The notes: generated from the sequence alone by a model not told the origin. Positions 20,747 through 30,715 are shown, counted from the stretch's first letter. The stretch is DNA of 64,000 nt from an uncultured Bacteriovoracaceae bacterium (GCA_964012805.1 CAXGUD010000010.1:32001-96000); one strand, 5' to 3'. Numbers and translations: made by a program.

Positions 20747-21688
20747 TTATTTTCCTTTAAGTTTTGGATCCAGAGCATCCCTTAAAGCGTCTCCTAAAAT
20801 ATTAAAGGCCAAAACAATGACAAACATTGCAGCCGTTGCAGCTAATAATTGCCACCAAACACCTCTTGCCAGCTCTAGCTTGGCATCATCAATCATAATT
20901 CCCCAGCTAGGCCTATCCTGAACTCCAAGACCAAGATAAGACAAAATAACCTCACTCTTAATGGCCGTTTGGAAGGTCAAAGAAAAGTTAATAATCACGA
21001 GGTGAAAAACATTCGGTAAAATATGAAGGAAAAGTCTTCTCGAATGACTAGCACCTACGGAGTAAGCAGCATGAACATACTCTCTATTCTTATGCCTAAT
21101 AACATCCGCTCTAATTAAACGGCAGAGGGAAACCCAACTTGTTAAGCCAAGTGCCAAAAAAACTGCGATAATCCCTTTCCCTAATATAAAGGTGATCGCC
21201 ATTAAAAGCATGATTCCAGGAATTGAAGAAAAGGTTGTATAAAACCAAACAATTATTTCATCGACTTTTCCACCAAAGTACCCAGCAATGGCACCTAAAA
21301 TTACCCCAATAACCATTGTAACGAGCCCTGTCGCAAACCCAACGAGCATCGCGACCTCAGTCCCTTTAATCATCTTGTAAAAAACACTCCTTCCAAGAAT
21401 GTCCGTTCCAAAGAGATGCTCAATAGAAAAGGAGGCTGCCTGACCACTCATCCACTTTACCCAAAAGGGCGAATCATAGGCGGGACCAATCTCTTTCGCC
21501 CATTCGCCACCGATCAAACCAGTGAAGGATAGAAAAGCAATCAGTATATAAAGGACAACAATGGACAAAGAAGCCATTGCCATCCTATTTTTTTTCAAAG
21601 AATCAAATGCATGGGCCCAAAGAGATTTTGACTTTTTCTCTTTCTCTTTCGGCTTCGAGTTCATTGTAATCGTAATTGTATCTTCCAT
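20747..21688 (-). CDS. oppC: Peptide ABC transporter permease (OppC)
   Basis: HLFGTDILGR, EYVHAA..GA, HILPN, LSYLGLG, GDALRDALDP. Confidence 0.92.
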   Translation of the reverse strand: MEDTITITMNSKPKEKEKKSKSLWAHAFDSLKKNRMAMASLSIVVLYILIAFLSFTGLIGGEWAKEIGPAYDSPFWVKWMSGQAASFSIEHLFGTDILGRSVFYKMIKGTEVAMLVGFATGLVTMVIGVILGAIAGYFGGKVDEIIVWFYTTFSSIPGIMLLMAITFILGKGIIAVFLALGLTSWVSLCRLIRADVIRHKNREYVHAAYSVGASHSRRLFLHILPNVFHLVIINFSLTFQTAIKSEVILSYLGLGVQDRPSWGIMIDDAKLELARGVWWQLLAATAAMFVIVLAFNILGDALRDALDPKLKGK

Positions 21689-21712
21689 ATTTTAACCAAT
21701 CTCTCTCAACTT

Positions 21713-22654
21713 TTATGACAAGCGCACTCTTGGATCAACGACCGTATAAAGCACATCAGTGATTACACTAAAAACAATGTAGGCAATAGCACTTAAAATA
21801 GTCATGGCCTTAATCACGGGAAAGTCAGACGAGTTTATTGCACTCAAAGTCATCCCACCCAAACCTGGAATACTAAAGAAAGCCTCTAAAAGAAGCGCTC
21901 CCAAAATCAAAAAAGGTATCTGGATAACAATCTGAGTGATAATGGGAATCATAGCGTTTTTCAGTACATGCTTAAAAAGGATAACTCTTTCTCCAACACC
22001 CTTAGCTCTCGCTGTCCTGACATAGTCTTGGTAAATCTCATCCAGAATGACGGTTCTATAGAACCTTACATCTCCCCCCAAAGAGAGTATCAACCAAATA
22101 ATTAGGGGAAGCATAATGTATTCTATAAAATCGGGAAACCCACTCTCAAAACCTGCAATTGGAAACATCCCCCACTTATAAGCTAGAAGCCATTGGAAGA
22201 AGAGGATGTACGCAAGAGAAGAAATACTCATTAAAGCAACACAAAGAAAAACACCCGCTTTATCGATAAACTTTCCTCTAAAATAAGCTACAAGAAGAGA
22301 GATCGATAAAGCTACAGTTGATGCAATAACAAAGCTTGGTAGAGAGATCGTCAAAGAAGGGACCGCTCCCTGCTTTATCATGTAAAAGATCTCTTGCTTA
22401 GTAGACCAAGAACGGCCGAAATCAAAAGTAAAAGCGGATTTTACAATATCTAAATACTGTAAAATCCATGGTCTATCTAAACCTAGCTCTCGCCTCAGTT
22501 CAACAATTTGACTCGCAGTCGCGTGCTTCCCCAGTAAGAGAAGCGCGGGATCCGGAGAAAAAACATTAAATAGAATAAAGATGATGAAGCAGACCCCTAG
22601 AATCACAGGGATCACGTACAACAATCTTCTTAAAACATATGCCCAAAGGTTCAC
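21713..22654 (-). CDS. oppB: Peptide ABC transporter permease (OppB)
   Basis: LGLDRP, DFGRS, DYVRTARAKG, KHVLKNA, DPRV. Confidence 0.92.
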   Translation of the reverse strand: MNLWAYVLRRLLYVIPVILGVCFIIFILFNVFSPDPALLLLGKHATASQIVELRRELGLDRPWILQYLDIVKSAFTFDFGRSWSTKQEIFYMIKQGAVPSLTISLPSFVIASTVALSISLLVAYFRGKFIDKAGVFLCVALMSISSLAYILFFQWLLAYKWGMFPIAGFESGFPDFIEYIMLPLIIWLILSLGGDVRFYRTVILDEIYQDYVRTARAKGVGERVILFKHVLKNAMIPIITQIVIQIPFLILGALLLEAFFSIPGLGGMTLSAINSSDFPVIKAMTILSAIAYIVFSVITDVLYTVVDPRVRLS

Positions 22655-22666
22655 TTTCTTCTTCCT

Positions 22667-24442
22667 TTAAAGCTTTTCCAGCCCTTTAACTTTTTCTTGA
22701 AGGTTCACATCCCAATACTGAACATGACCATGATTAAAATCTGAAGGCACATAGTTTTTAATCCATGAATGCTTCACGACATAACTTTGTCTATGTACAC
22801 CATAAATCCAAGGAACTTCTTCAGCAGCCATCTTGTACATAGTTTCATACATAGAGGTTCTCTTTGGTGAGTCCTGAAGAATAGAAGCAACTTTAAACAA
22901 CTTATCAAATTCAGGGTTGCTGTAACCAGAACCGTTTGCACCTGGAGACCTGTTAGGTCCAAAAAGAAGTTGTAAAAAGTTTTCAGCATCTGGGTAGTCC
23001 GCACCCCAAGCGATTCCATAAAGCATCACTTGTCTCTTGGTAATTTTCTCTTGGAACTTTGGCCATGTGCTTGTTTGTAATTTTATTTTAAGGCCAATTT
23101 TTGCCATTTGCTTTTGGAAAAATTGTGCTTGCTGACGACTTACCGTGCTTGAAAGACTATCGTAAGTGATTTCAGGTAAGCCCTTTCCTTCAGGGTAACC
23201 AGCTTTTGCAAGCTCTTCTTTTGCCTTTTCAACATTTTGACCAATATAAGGGTTCTTATAGTCCTTAATATAGCCTGCAATTCCTGGAGGAATCACCGAG
23301 TGAGCTGGCAGCGCCGTATTGTTGTAAAAGAGCTTATTAGATTCTTGTACATTGTAAGCCAAAGACATAGCTCTTCTTAAATGAACATTTTTAAGAAGTT
23401 CATTATCATGATTGAAGGCAACATAAGTGACATCCAAAGAAGGAGAAATCATAAGGCCAATACCTTTTTTGGCCATATCATCAACTAAACCTTGAGACGG
23501 GGTAATAACAGAATCGAAGTTGTCTTTAGGTATACTCAAAAAGTCGATTCCACCTTTTAAGAATTTCAACCAACGAGGCTGAGGCTCGCTCATAATGTGA
23601 ACAGTCACTTTATCTATGATAGGAAGAGTCTTTCCTGCGTATTTCTCAATACCTTTTCCCTTAAACTCTGCGCTAACTTCGCTTGGAAATAGTTTTTTTC
23701 TAAACTTTGGGTTCCTCTTATAAACAATCTTTTTTGTTTGATTAAATTGAGGAAGAATAAAAGGACCTGTACCAACTGGGTGGTTAAGGAACTCTTTTTT
23801 GTAATGCTTAACAACTTCTTCAGGCACAACAAAAGTAAAAGGCATTGCGAGAGCATAAAGGAACTGAGGAAAACTCTTGGATAGCTTAAACTTCAAAGTA
23901 TACTTATCGATAGCTTGAAGACCTTCGATTTTTTCAGAGTAGTCTACTTCCTTCTTATCAGTATACTTTTTTCTCCACTCATTAAGACCTGCAATTTTAC
24001 CGTCTAAAAGCCACCAGCCCAAAGACTGTAACTTAGGATCAGCTAGCCTCTTAATAGAATAGACAAAATCCTTGGCTTCGAGCTCTCTTCCTTTGCCTTC
24101 AGAAAAAGCCTTATCATCATGGAAGAAAATACCTTTTTTAATTTTAAAGGTATAAGTTAACCCATCTTCTGATACGCTTGGAAGCTTCTCAGCAAGATTA
24201 GGAACTAGTGTGTAAGGTCTTCTAAATGGGTGATACTCTAAAAGCCCTTCATAAACTCTAGCAATTTCACCACTAGAATAGGCATCGTTTGCGTAAATTG
24301 GATCCATTCCTTTTACGTCAGCACCTATAACTAAGTTTAGGGCCCTTTCATTAAGATCAACTTTCTTTTTAAAACAACCTGTAGAACTTAACAAAACTCC
24401 TAAAAGCACAAGCCAAGTTCTTATTCCATTTGATAATTTCAT
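22667..24442 (-). CDS. oppA: Peptide ABC transporter substrate-binding lipoprotein (family 5)
   Basis: Lipobox STGC, YEGL, PNLAE, VSEDGLTYTF, HPVGTGPF, WGADYPD. Confidence 0.9.
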   Translation of the reverse strand: MKLSNGIRTWLVLLGVLLSSTGCFKKKVDLNERALNLVIGADVKGMDPIYANDAYSSGEIARVYEGLLEYHPFRRPYTLVPNLAEKLPSVSEDGLTYTFKIKKGIFFHDDKAFSEGKGRELEAKDFVYSIKRLADPKLQSLGWWLLDGKIAGLNEWRKKYTDKKEVDYSEKIEGLQAIDKYTLKFKLSKSFPQFLYALAMPFTFVVPEEVVKHYKKEFLNHPVGTGPFILPQFNQTKKIVYKRNPKFRKKLFPSEVSAEFKGKGIEKYAGKTLPIIDKVTVHIMSEPQPRWLKFLKGGIDFLSIPKDNFDSVITPSQGLVDDMAKKGIGLMISPSLDVTYVAFNHDNELLKNVHLRRAMSLAYNVQESNKLFYNNTALPAHSVIPPGIAGYIKDYKNPYIGQNVEKAKEELAKAGYPEGKGLPEITYDSLSSTVSRQQAQFFQKQMAKIGLKIKLQTSTWPKFQEKITKRQVMLYGIAWGADYPDAENFLQLLFGPNRSPGANGSGYSNPEFDKLFKVASILQDSPKRTSMYETMYKMAAEEVPWIYGVHRQSYVVKHSWIKNYVPSDFNHGHVQYWDVNLQEKVKGLEKL

Positions 24443-24597
24443 AAGTCAGTTCTCCACTTTAAGTACATTAATTGTCTTACTTGGATTCACGGCGATAAGC
24501 CAACATCACGCATGTATACAAAAGAAATTATCATTTTGCCAATTTTGAGTGAAAAAACCGTTGGCGAATAAGACACAGCGAGGCATAAAAAAATCAG

Positions 24598-25323
24598 TTA
24601 ATATGCGCATGAAGTCATATACTTCTCGATTGTTAAAGGTCTCTCACCTTGACTATACGTATAAAATGAAAGTGTCCATTTTGAAAAAAACTTTTCCTTC
24701 TCTCTATCAAAAGTTAACTTCAAACCCCCTTTACGACTTAAAAAGCTAAAATAAAAAGAGAAGTGATTAATAGATGTTTCCCAACTAAAAGAGTGACTCA
24801 GAGGTTCATAAACACACTCGCCTTCTACCAATCCATTTCCCCGGGACAACTCAGTGCACCTAACAAAGGTATCAAAATACTTTGCTTCCTTAAATGAATT
24901 GAGAAGGAAGAGAAATTCTCCTAACTTCTTCATATAAGGAGAAAAAAAACTCCTGAAGTCCTTTTCCTCTCCCTTTTGACTTTCCTTTTTAATTCGATCA
25001 AACAAAGAACCTTTGTAATTTATTTGCTCTTTAAGGGCTTCCTTGTAAAAAATTGAAAGTCCTTCCTCACCATGAAAAGGAAAATGATAAGAAACATCCA
25101 GTCTTTTTGTATTAAGATCTAAAAGAGATTCAAAAGAAAAAGTTTGCCTCTCACCCTTTGTGTAAAACCGTCCTCTTCCTTCGCCAGATAAACAAACCTT
25201 ACTCAGACCGCTTTTTAATAAGTCAAAAGACTTATCTTCCAGATTTCTTCTTTTAAATGTTTTAGTGGAGCAACCTGAAATGAGTAGGAAAAGGAAAACA
25301 GAAAAATATACTTTGATAATCAA
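24598..25323 (-). CDS. Hypothetical lipoprotein (possible LolA/LolB-fold)
   Basis: Lipobox ISGC, beta-rich pattern, directly downstream of the TPR lipoprotein. Confidence 0.65.
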   Translation of the reverse strand: MIIKVYFSVFLFLLISGCSTKTFKRRNLEDKSFDLLKSGLSKVCLSGEGRGRFYTKGERQTFSFESLLDLNTKRLDVSYHFPFHGEEGLSIFYKEALKEQINYKGSLFDRIKKESQKGEEKDFRSFFSPYMKKLGEFLFLLNSFKEAKYFDTFVRCTELSRGNGLVEGECVYEPLSHSFSWETSINHFSFYFSFLSRKGGLKLTFDREKEKFFSKWTLSFYTYSQGERPLTIEKYMTSCAY

Positions 25324-25345
25324 GAAGCTTTCCTATGGATGATCA

Positions 25346-27220
25346 TTAATTTGAAGCTGGAATTCTTTTGGGCCCCACCACATTTCTTCTATCCTGCAAG
25401 TTTTTTATCAAACCTGCAACCTCTCTTCTCTCTTCATCAGTCTTGCTCGCTTTCATGGCTTCACGATAAAACTTTAGGGCCAAAGCATAATTTCTTTTCT
25501 TTAAATAAATAGTAGCTAAATGCTTAGCAATAACAAAATCTGATTTTACAAGATCCCAAGCCTTTTTGATTTCTTTCAATGCTTTATTTATTTTTCCTGT
25601 TTTGTAGTAAAACCAACCTAAAGAATCTCTGATATAGCCATCGTTTGGCCTTAAACGAACAGCCTTTTTAATATAAATAAAAGCTTGTGGTAAATTCTCA
25701 TTTTTTTCTAACATTGAGTAACCCAGAAAATTTAAGGCATGAGGATTTTCTGGATTTTTATCTAGTATCATTTCAATAATTTCTCTCGCCTTCTTATAAT
25801 TTTTATTTTTTTCATAGAGGGAAGCCAAATAATATTCATGATTTTCACCAAAACCTTCTTCACTCTTAAGAGAAGACAAAGCCTCTATTGCCTTTTTATA
25901 GTCCCTGATTGTTTCATAAAAGCTCGCTATTATTGAACCAAGTTCCAATTTCAAAAATTGGAACTCTTTTGACTTGTCTCGAGTATAGAGTATGAACTTT
26001 TTTACAATTTCATGATCTATATCCTTTTGCCCAAAATGAACTGCTTTCTCCATCAATATGTTAGAAATTTGAACAATTGATTCTTTGAAATAGATGTTGT
26101 TTTTTTTGATCTTTTCAAAATAGGATATGGCCTTATCATAATCTTTTGTTTTCTTATGCAGAACACCCAAATAAAACAAAACTTTTGCTGAACTTGGAAC
26201 TTCCTGAAGAAGCTCTCTAAAGATGCTTTTTGATTCATCATATCTTTTTACATCTATGTAAAATAAACCTAGCCTAAGTTTTAAATTAAGATCTGTTGGA
26301 TCTATTCTAGTCAAAGTCTCAACATAAGGTATTGCTTCTTTTTTATTGTTTAACTTTAAAAGAACATTAACAATCTTCCTCAGAACGGGATAGGCAGCTG
26401 GGTCACGCTCTAGATATTTCTTATAAGCTAAATAGGCTTCTTTTGACTTCTTATCAGTCTCTAAAACTTTTCCCAATTCTATAACAGCAGGATAGTATCT
26501 AGGGTTTAGTTTTAATGACCTCTTGAAAAGTTTTTTTGCCTTTTTCGAATGTCCCTCCTGAAGAGCAATCTTTCCCTCATAATAAAGGAATAGATCCTTT
26601 CGGTCCGTTTTATTCCCGCATCTTTTCAAAGTGACTTTAGCTTCTCTGAGTTTTTTGGAAATTTGATATGATTTCACGAGAAAAATACAGGCTTCGACCA
26701 TCTTTTCTCCACCATCACTTATTATCTCCTTATAGACCTTTTCTGACTTTTTAGCTTCACCAATAGAGCTATATATTCCTCCTAAAATAAGGCCAATATT
26801 TGAATAATTTCCATGGGATTTGTAAAGCTTCTCTAACTCCTCTTTAGCTTCTCCGTATCTACCAACTTTAATCAATTCAATGGCAAACCTTTTTTTTAAA
26901 TAGGGCTCATTAGGAGTAAGTTTTAACAGGGCATTAAAGTACAATATTGAAGTTTTATAATCTGACCTAAAAGAAGCATCTGATGCTTTAAGAAAAAGTT
27001 CACCTGAAAGAAGTTTAACTTTTTCTTTTCCTTCTTTTTTTGCCTCTGCAACCCTCATATCCAAAGCTGCCACCAAGTCTAACTCTGATTGAGTCTTTTT
27101 TACTGAACTCTTTGACACTTCTGCTTTAGTTGAAGCAGATTTCTTTTGTTTCTGCATAGACTTCTGTGGAGTCGAGCAGGAGGCGAGAACCAAAAGAAGA
27201 AAGAGGGCTATATTTTTCAT
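25346..27220 (-). CDS. Multi-TPR lipoprotein (LbcA/PA4667-like)
   Basis: Lipobox LASC, many TPRs, C-terminal ALNFLGY...A..L.P.DGYIRDSLGW.YYK.G block. Confidence 0.85.
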   Translation of the reverse strand: MKNIALFLLLVLASCSTPQKSMQKQKKSASTKAEVSKSSVKKTQSELDLVAALDMRVAEAKKEGKEKVKLLSGELFLKASDASFRSDYKTSILYFNALLKLTPNEPYLKKRFAIELIKVGRYGEAKEELEKLYKSHGNYSNIGLILGGIYSSIGEAKKSEKVYKEIISDGGEKMVEACIFLVKSYQISKKLREAKVTLKRCGNKTDRKDLFLYYEGKIALQEGHSKKAKKLFKRSLKLNPRYYPAVIELGKVLETDKKSKEAYLAYKKYLERDPAAYPVLRKIVNVLLKLNNKKEAIPYVETLTRIDPTDLNLKLRLGLFYIDVKRYDESKSIFRELLQEVPSSAKVLFYLGVLHKKTKDYDKAISYFEKIKKNNIYFKESIVQISNILMEKAVHFGQKDIDHEIVKKFILYTRDKSKEFQFLKLELGSIIASFYETIRDYKKAIEALSSLKSEEGFGENHEYYLASLYEKNKNYKKAREIIEMILDKNPENPHALNFLGYSMLEKNENLPQAFIYIKKAVRLRPNDGYIRDSLGWFYYKTGKINKALKEIKKAWDLVKSDFVIAKHLATIYLKKRNYALALKFYREAMKASKTDEERREVAGLIKNLQDRRNVVGPKRIPASN

Positions 27221-27272
27221 AAATTAGGGCCCAAAAGTCCTGGGAGACCTATTTTTCCCAGGCTGCTCTCTT

Positions 27273-27299
27273 TTATCGGTCAAAACCTATTTTTTTTTA
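27273..27299 (-). promoter_or_regulatory. Candidate sigma28 (FliA) promoter of the TPR gene
   Basis: Minus strand TAAA-N15-ACCGATAA versus consensus TAAA-N15-GCCGATAA, about 50 bp upstream of the start. Confidence 0.55.
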
Positions 27300-27434
27300 A
27301 TCATTAACGATCTGTAATCACAGGAATCCTTTGTTTTTTAAATAAATTTTATTTTTAATAAAAGACTTAAAAACTCTTTCAGGATTAACGCCATGAAATT
27401 AATGCACTTAATTATAGCTTTCCTTTAAAGATTG

Positions 27435-27464
27435 TTGACATGATTAGGCAAAACCTGTTATTGA
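27435..27464 (+). promoter_or_regulatory. Candidate sigma70 promoter for the phaR-like operon
   Basis: Perfect TTGACA at 27435-27440; only a weak -10 region (TGTTATTG). Confidence 0.3.
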
Positions 27465-27648
27465 AGTCGAAGCAAAGCATTAATTTAATAGCATAAACTA
27501 AAAAAATGCTTAACATTTTTGGCTTTTTCAGGCTTTTAACCCTGCAATTGAGAAGTTTTTGGGTTACCTATGCTTACGAGGAAGAGTTTACGCTTGAAAT
27601 AGCTGATTTAATTTAAAACTTTATTAATTTATTACGACACTAGAAACA

Positions 27649-28062
27649 ATGAGGGAAAAAATGAGTGAAGTGAGGATTATTAAGAGATACCAAAACAGAA
27701 AGCTTTATGACACACACCAAAGCTGCTATGTGACTCTTGAAGAGATTGCCCAAATTATCCGTGAAGGTCACGAAATTCAGGTAATTGATAACAAAACTAA
27801 AAATGACATTACCTACATGACTCAAATCCAGCTTTTATTTGATCAAGAAAGAAAGTCAAGTAAACCAGGAAATGTAGACCTTCTAAAAAGAGTTATTAGA
27901 TGTACAGAAGGTACTTTTACAGGTTATATTAAAGGCTTAGAAGGCTATGAAGAAGTTGAGGTTTCTGGAGAAGCAGCTGAAGCTGTTACTCAAGAGTTTC
28001 AATCAATGATGGGAAATAGCGAAACGCAAAACTCTTCAGTAGAAACAAGCCCTCTAAACTAA
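27649..28062 (+). CDS. PhaR-like regulator (PHB accumulation N-terminal DNA-binding domain)
   Basis: IIKRYQNRKLYDT..SCYVTLEEIAQII..G..IQV.DNKT..DIT is the PHB_acc_N signature. Confidence 0.88.
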   Translation: MREKMSEVRIIKRYQNRKLYDTHQSCYVTLEEIAQIIREGHEIQVIDNKTKNDITYMTQIQLLFDQERKSSKPGNVDLLKRVIRCTEGTFTGYIKGLEGYEEVEVSGEAAEAVTQEFQSMMGNSETQNSSVETSPLN

Positions 28063-28090
28063 ATATTCAACCACTAACTTGGGACCATGA

Positions 28091-28792
28091 ATGGTTAAGA
28101 GTTATCTTGAAAAAAGATGGTTTAATTTCTATAAAGCTCCAAAGGCACTTTCAATAAGTGTCCTCGGAGCTATTTTATCATTTAATTGCTTTTCACAAGC
28201 AACTATAAAACCAAACATCATTAATTTAACATCTCAAAAGACGTCTAGATCGGTTTCAAAAGACATACCTGAAACAAACTCTAGAGTATCTGCAAAAGAT
28301 TTAAAAAGGCACTCTATAGGTGTTGGAATAGGTCAAACATTTTTGAGTAGTGAATTAGGGCAAAATGGTGACGACAGCATAACCCTTGATCTCTATTATG
28401 ATTACAGCGCTAGCTACTCTTTTGATCTTATTATTAACCTTCATCATTCCTCTCATCGAATCATAAAAAGGGAGGCAACGATTACAGGCTTGGCAGTGGG
28501 CGTAAAAGGAAGGCTATTCCAGTTTGATGCTTTTTCCCCCTTTCTTCTTGGTGGTCTCGGCTTCTATGCTCCAACTGTAACAAGACTCAAAAATAATGTA
28601 CTTGAAAAAACCCCCTTCTCTATTGCCTTTGGTAGCCATTTTGGAGCAGGAGGGGAATTAAAACTTAATGAGCAATTCAAAATAGCAGGGCTTATTCATT
28701 TTCATAACCCATTTGACATAAAGCAAGATTTGGACAAAGAACTTGAAGGCTCTTATTATAAGCTTCTATTAAACACCCACTACACGTTTTAA
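28091..28792 (+). CDS. Outer-membrane beta-barrel protein (small, OmpA/OmpW-like)
   Basis: Signal-like N-terminus, alternating strands (SIGVGIG, SPFLLGGLGFY, FGAGGEL), C-terminal HYTF. Confidence 0.7.
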   Translation: MVKSYLEKRWFNFYKAPKALSISVLGAILSFNCFSQATIKPNIINLTSQKTSRSVSKDIPETNSRVSAKDLKRHSIGVGIGQTFLSSELGQNGDDSITLDLYYDYSASYSFDLIINLHHSSHRIIKREATITGLAVGVKGRLFQFDAFSPFLLGGLGFYAPTVTRLKNNVLEKTPFSIAFGSHFGAGGELKLNEQFKIAGLIHFHNPFDIKQDLDKELEGSYYKLLLNTHYTF

Positions 28793-28794
28793 AA

Positions 28795-29595
28795 TTGTTT
28801 CCAAAATATAAAAGACTTTATTTTTTTACTGGTAAAGGAGGTGTTGGCAAAACATCCTTTGCACTCGCCCTTACGAAATTTTTGCAAAAAGAGGGAGTAA
28901 ATGTAGCCTATTTTAACTTTGATCAAACTCAACCTAAAAAGTTAATTTCTCTCCTTAAAGTTCCAACAATAAACCAAACAACAGAAGAAAGTGCCGCAAT
29001 CTATATCCAAAACAAGCTTGGCTCTAAAACAATTGCGAACTGGATTCTTAAAACCACTTTTTTTAAGTCTCTTTTAAATATAACCCCTTCCATTGGCTAC
29101 ATGATCAGCCTAGGGCACATCATAAACCGCCTAGAGGAGGACCCTTCCCTAACAATTGTCATAGATGCCCCTGCTTCTGGTCACACTTTATCCCTCTTTA
29201 ATTCAACCCATAATTTCAGAGAAATGTTCAAAGTCGGCCCACTTGTCGAAGATATTCATAAAATGCATAACTTTCTTGAGAAAAGTGAAAACATAAAAGT
29301 CTGCATTCTTTGCCTTCCTAACATAATGAATGTCCAAGAGGCTCTAGAGTTAAAAAAAGGCTTAAGTAGTTTAAAACTCTTTGAAGGAAACCTTATCCTT
29401 AACGAGCTTCTTGCAGGACTCAACCATAATGAACTAGAAGCTTTACCCAACTTTTTAAGGGAAAAAATAAGTATTGAGCAAAACTTAAAAAAGCAATATG
29501 AAAAAGATTTTACTGAAGTTGTGCCTTTTCTAAGCAGTACTGATTATGCTGATATTGTCACTTCATTAATAAACATGATGAGGACTATAGCTTGA
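28795..29595 (+). CDS. ArsA/Get3-family ATPase, subunit 1
   Basis: FFTGKGGVGKTS deviant Walker A and IVIDAPASGH switch II. Confidence 0.85.
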   Translation: MFPKYKRLYFFTGKGGVGKTSFALALTKFLQKEGVNVAYFNFDQTQPKKLISLLKVPTINQTTEESAAIYIQNKLGSKTIANWILKTTFFKSLLNITPSIGYMISLGHIINRLEEDPSLTIVIDAPASGHTLSLFNSTHNFREMFKVGPLVEDIHKMHNFLEKSENIKVCILCLPNIMNVQEALELKKGLSSLKLFEGNLILNELLAGLNHNELEALPNFLREKISIEQNLKKQYEKDFTEVVPFLSSTDYADIVTSLINMMRTIA

Positions 29596-30683
29596 TTAAA
29601 CAAACCATTTTAATAAAACAGCTAGAAATTTTCTGTGGAACAGGTGGAGTTGGAAAAACGACCCTAGCGACATCAAGAGCACTTTTCCTTGGATCAAAAG
29701 GTAAAAAGGTGCTTCTTATCACTATCGACCCTGCAAAAAGATTAAAACAAATCCTAAATATTAAAGACCAAAATGCGGGAAAAGTTGAAAATATTTCTTC
29801 AAACTTGTTTACAGGTTTTGAGGAAAATAATTTTTCTATTTCTGCCCTCCTCATGTCACCAAAGGAAACACTGCGCAAAATCCTAAAAGCAGATACTATT
29901 GATAATAACGTATTAAACATACTAACTAGACCCCACGGTGGAATGAATGAAATCCTCTCACTTATAGAGGTTCAGTTTCATATTGAAAGTGGAAAATACG
30001 ATACGATTATTCTAGATACGCCACCAGGAAAACACTTTATAGACTTCCTCCAATCATCCAGAAAAATTTCAGATTTTTTTGACAGTAGTTTTGTTGAGAT
30101 CTTTAAATTTTTAGGAAAGCCAATTATATATCCAAAAGGGCCTGCTCAGAAGCCTACAAAGAAGCTGTTAGGCAAGCTTATTTCAACTGGAATCAAAAAA
30201 CTCTTAAAATATCTTGATCAAGTAACTGGTGAAAAATTTGTCCAAGACTTTATTGAAGCAGTTTCAATTCTCTACCAAAACAAAGCACCCTTTCTGGAGG
30301 CTTTAGAGCTCGAAAAACAGCTTCGCACTTTTGAGTTTTGTAACTGGTTTCTTGTGACCTCCGTTGAACAATCGAAATTACAAGAAGCTGCAGAGTTTCA
30401 ATCTCACACTGAGACATTTCACAAATCCAATTTCTTCTTCCTAATTAATAAATCTCTTGAAAATCATATCAAAGAATGGGATATCCCTTCTAAAGGCTCA
30501 TCTCTTGGAAAAGAATCTAGAGAGAAGCTTGCTTCTTTAAAAGAATCTATGATTTCTAAAGAGGAGAAAACGATCAAGTTTGCTAAGACCCAATTTAGCC
30601 AGTTTATTATCTTCCCAGAAATTATTGATGCAAACCCTGTAAAGCATGTTGGGGATCTCTCTAAAACTTGGAAAAATAATTAA
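29592..30683 (+). CDS. ArsA/Get3-family ATPase, subunit 2
   Basis: CGTGGVGKTT, TIDPAKRL, LDTPP; 4-bp overlap with the upstream gene. Confidence 0.87.
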   Translation: MIKQTILIKQLEIFCGTGGVGKTTLATSRALFLGSKGKKVLLITIDPAKRLKQILNIKDQNAGKVENISSNLFTGFEENNFSISALLMSPKETLRKILKADTIDNNVLNILTRPHGGMNEILSLIEVQFHIESGKYDTIILDTPPGKHFIDFLQSSRKISDFFDSSFVEIFKFLGKPIIYPKGPAQKPTKKLLGKLISTGIKKLLKYLDQVTGEKFVQDFIEAVSILYQNKAPFLEALELEKQLRTFEFCNWFLVTSVEQSKLQEAAEFQSHTETFHKSNFFFLINKSLENHIKEWDIPSKGSSLGKESREKLASLKESMISKEEKTIKFAKTQFSQFIIFPEIIDANPVKHVGDLSKTWKNN

Positions 30684-30715
30684 ACCCCTCCTAAACCAAA
30701 AAATTGGAGAAAAAC

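Noticed and set aside
24549..24749. 66-aa + strand ORF
   Set aside because: Mostly overlaps the minus-strand lipoprotein gene; no RBS or motif.
27445..27500. GGCAAA...GCAAAGC resembling a c-di-GMP-I riboswitch
   Set aside because: No GAAA tetraloop stem or second hairpin, and it overlaps a probable promoter; an Infernal scan would settle it.
28795..30683. Arsenic-resistance operon
   Set aside because: No arsR/B/C/D or acr3, and no evident metalloid-binding Cys motifs.
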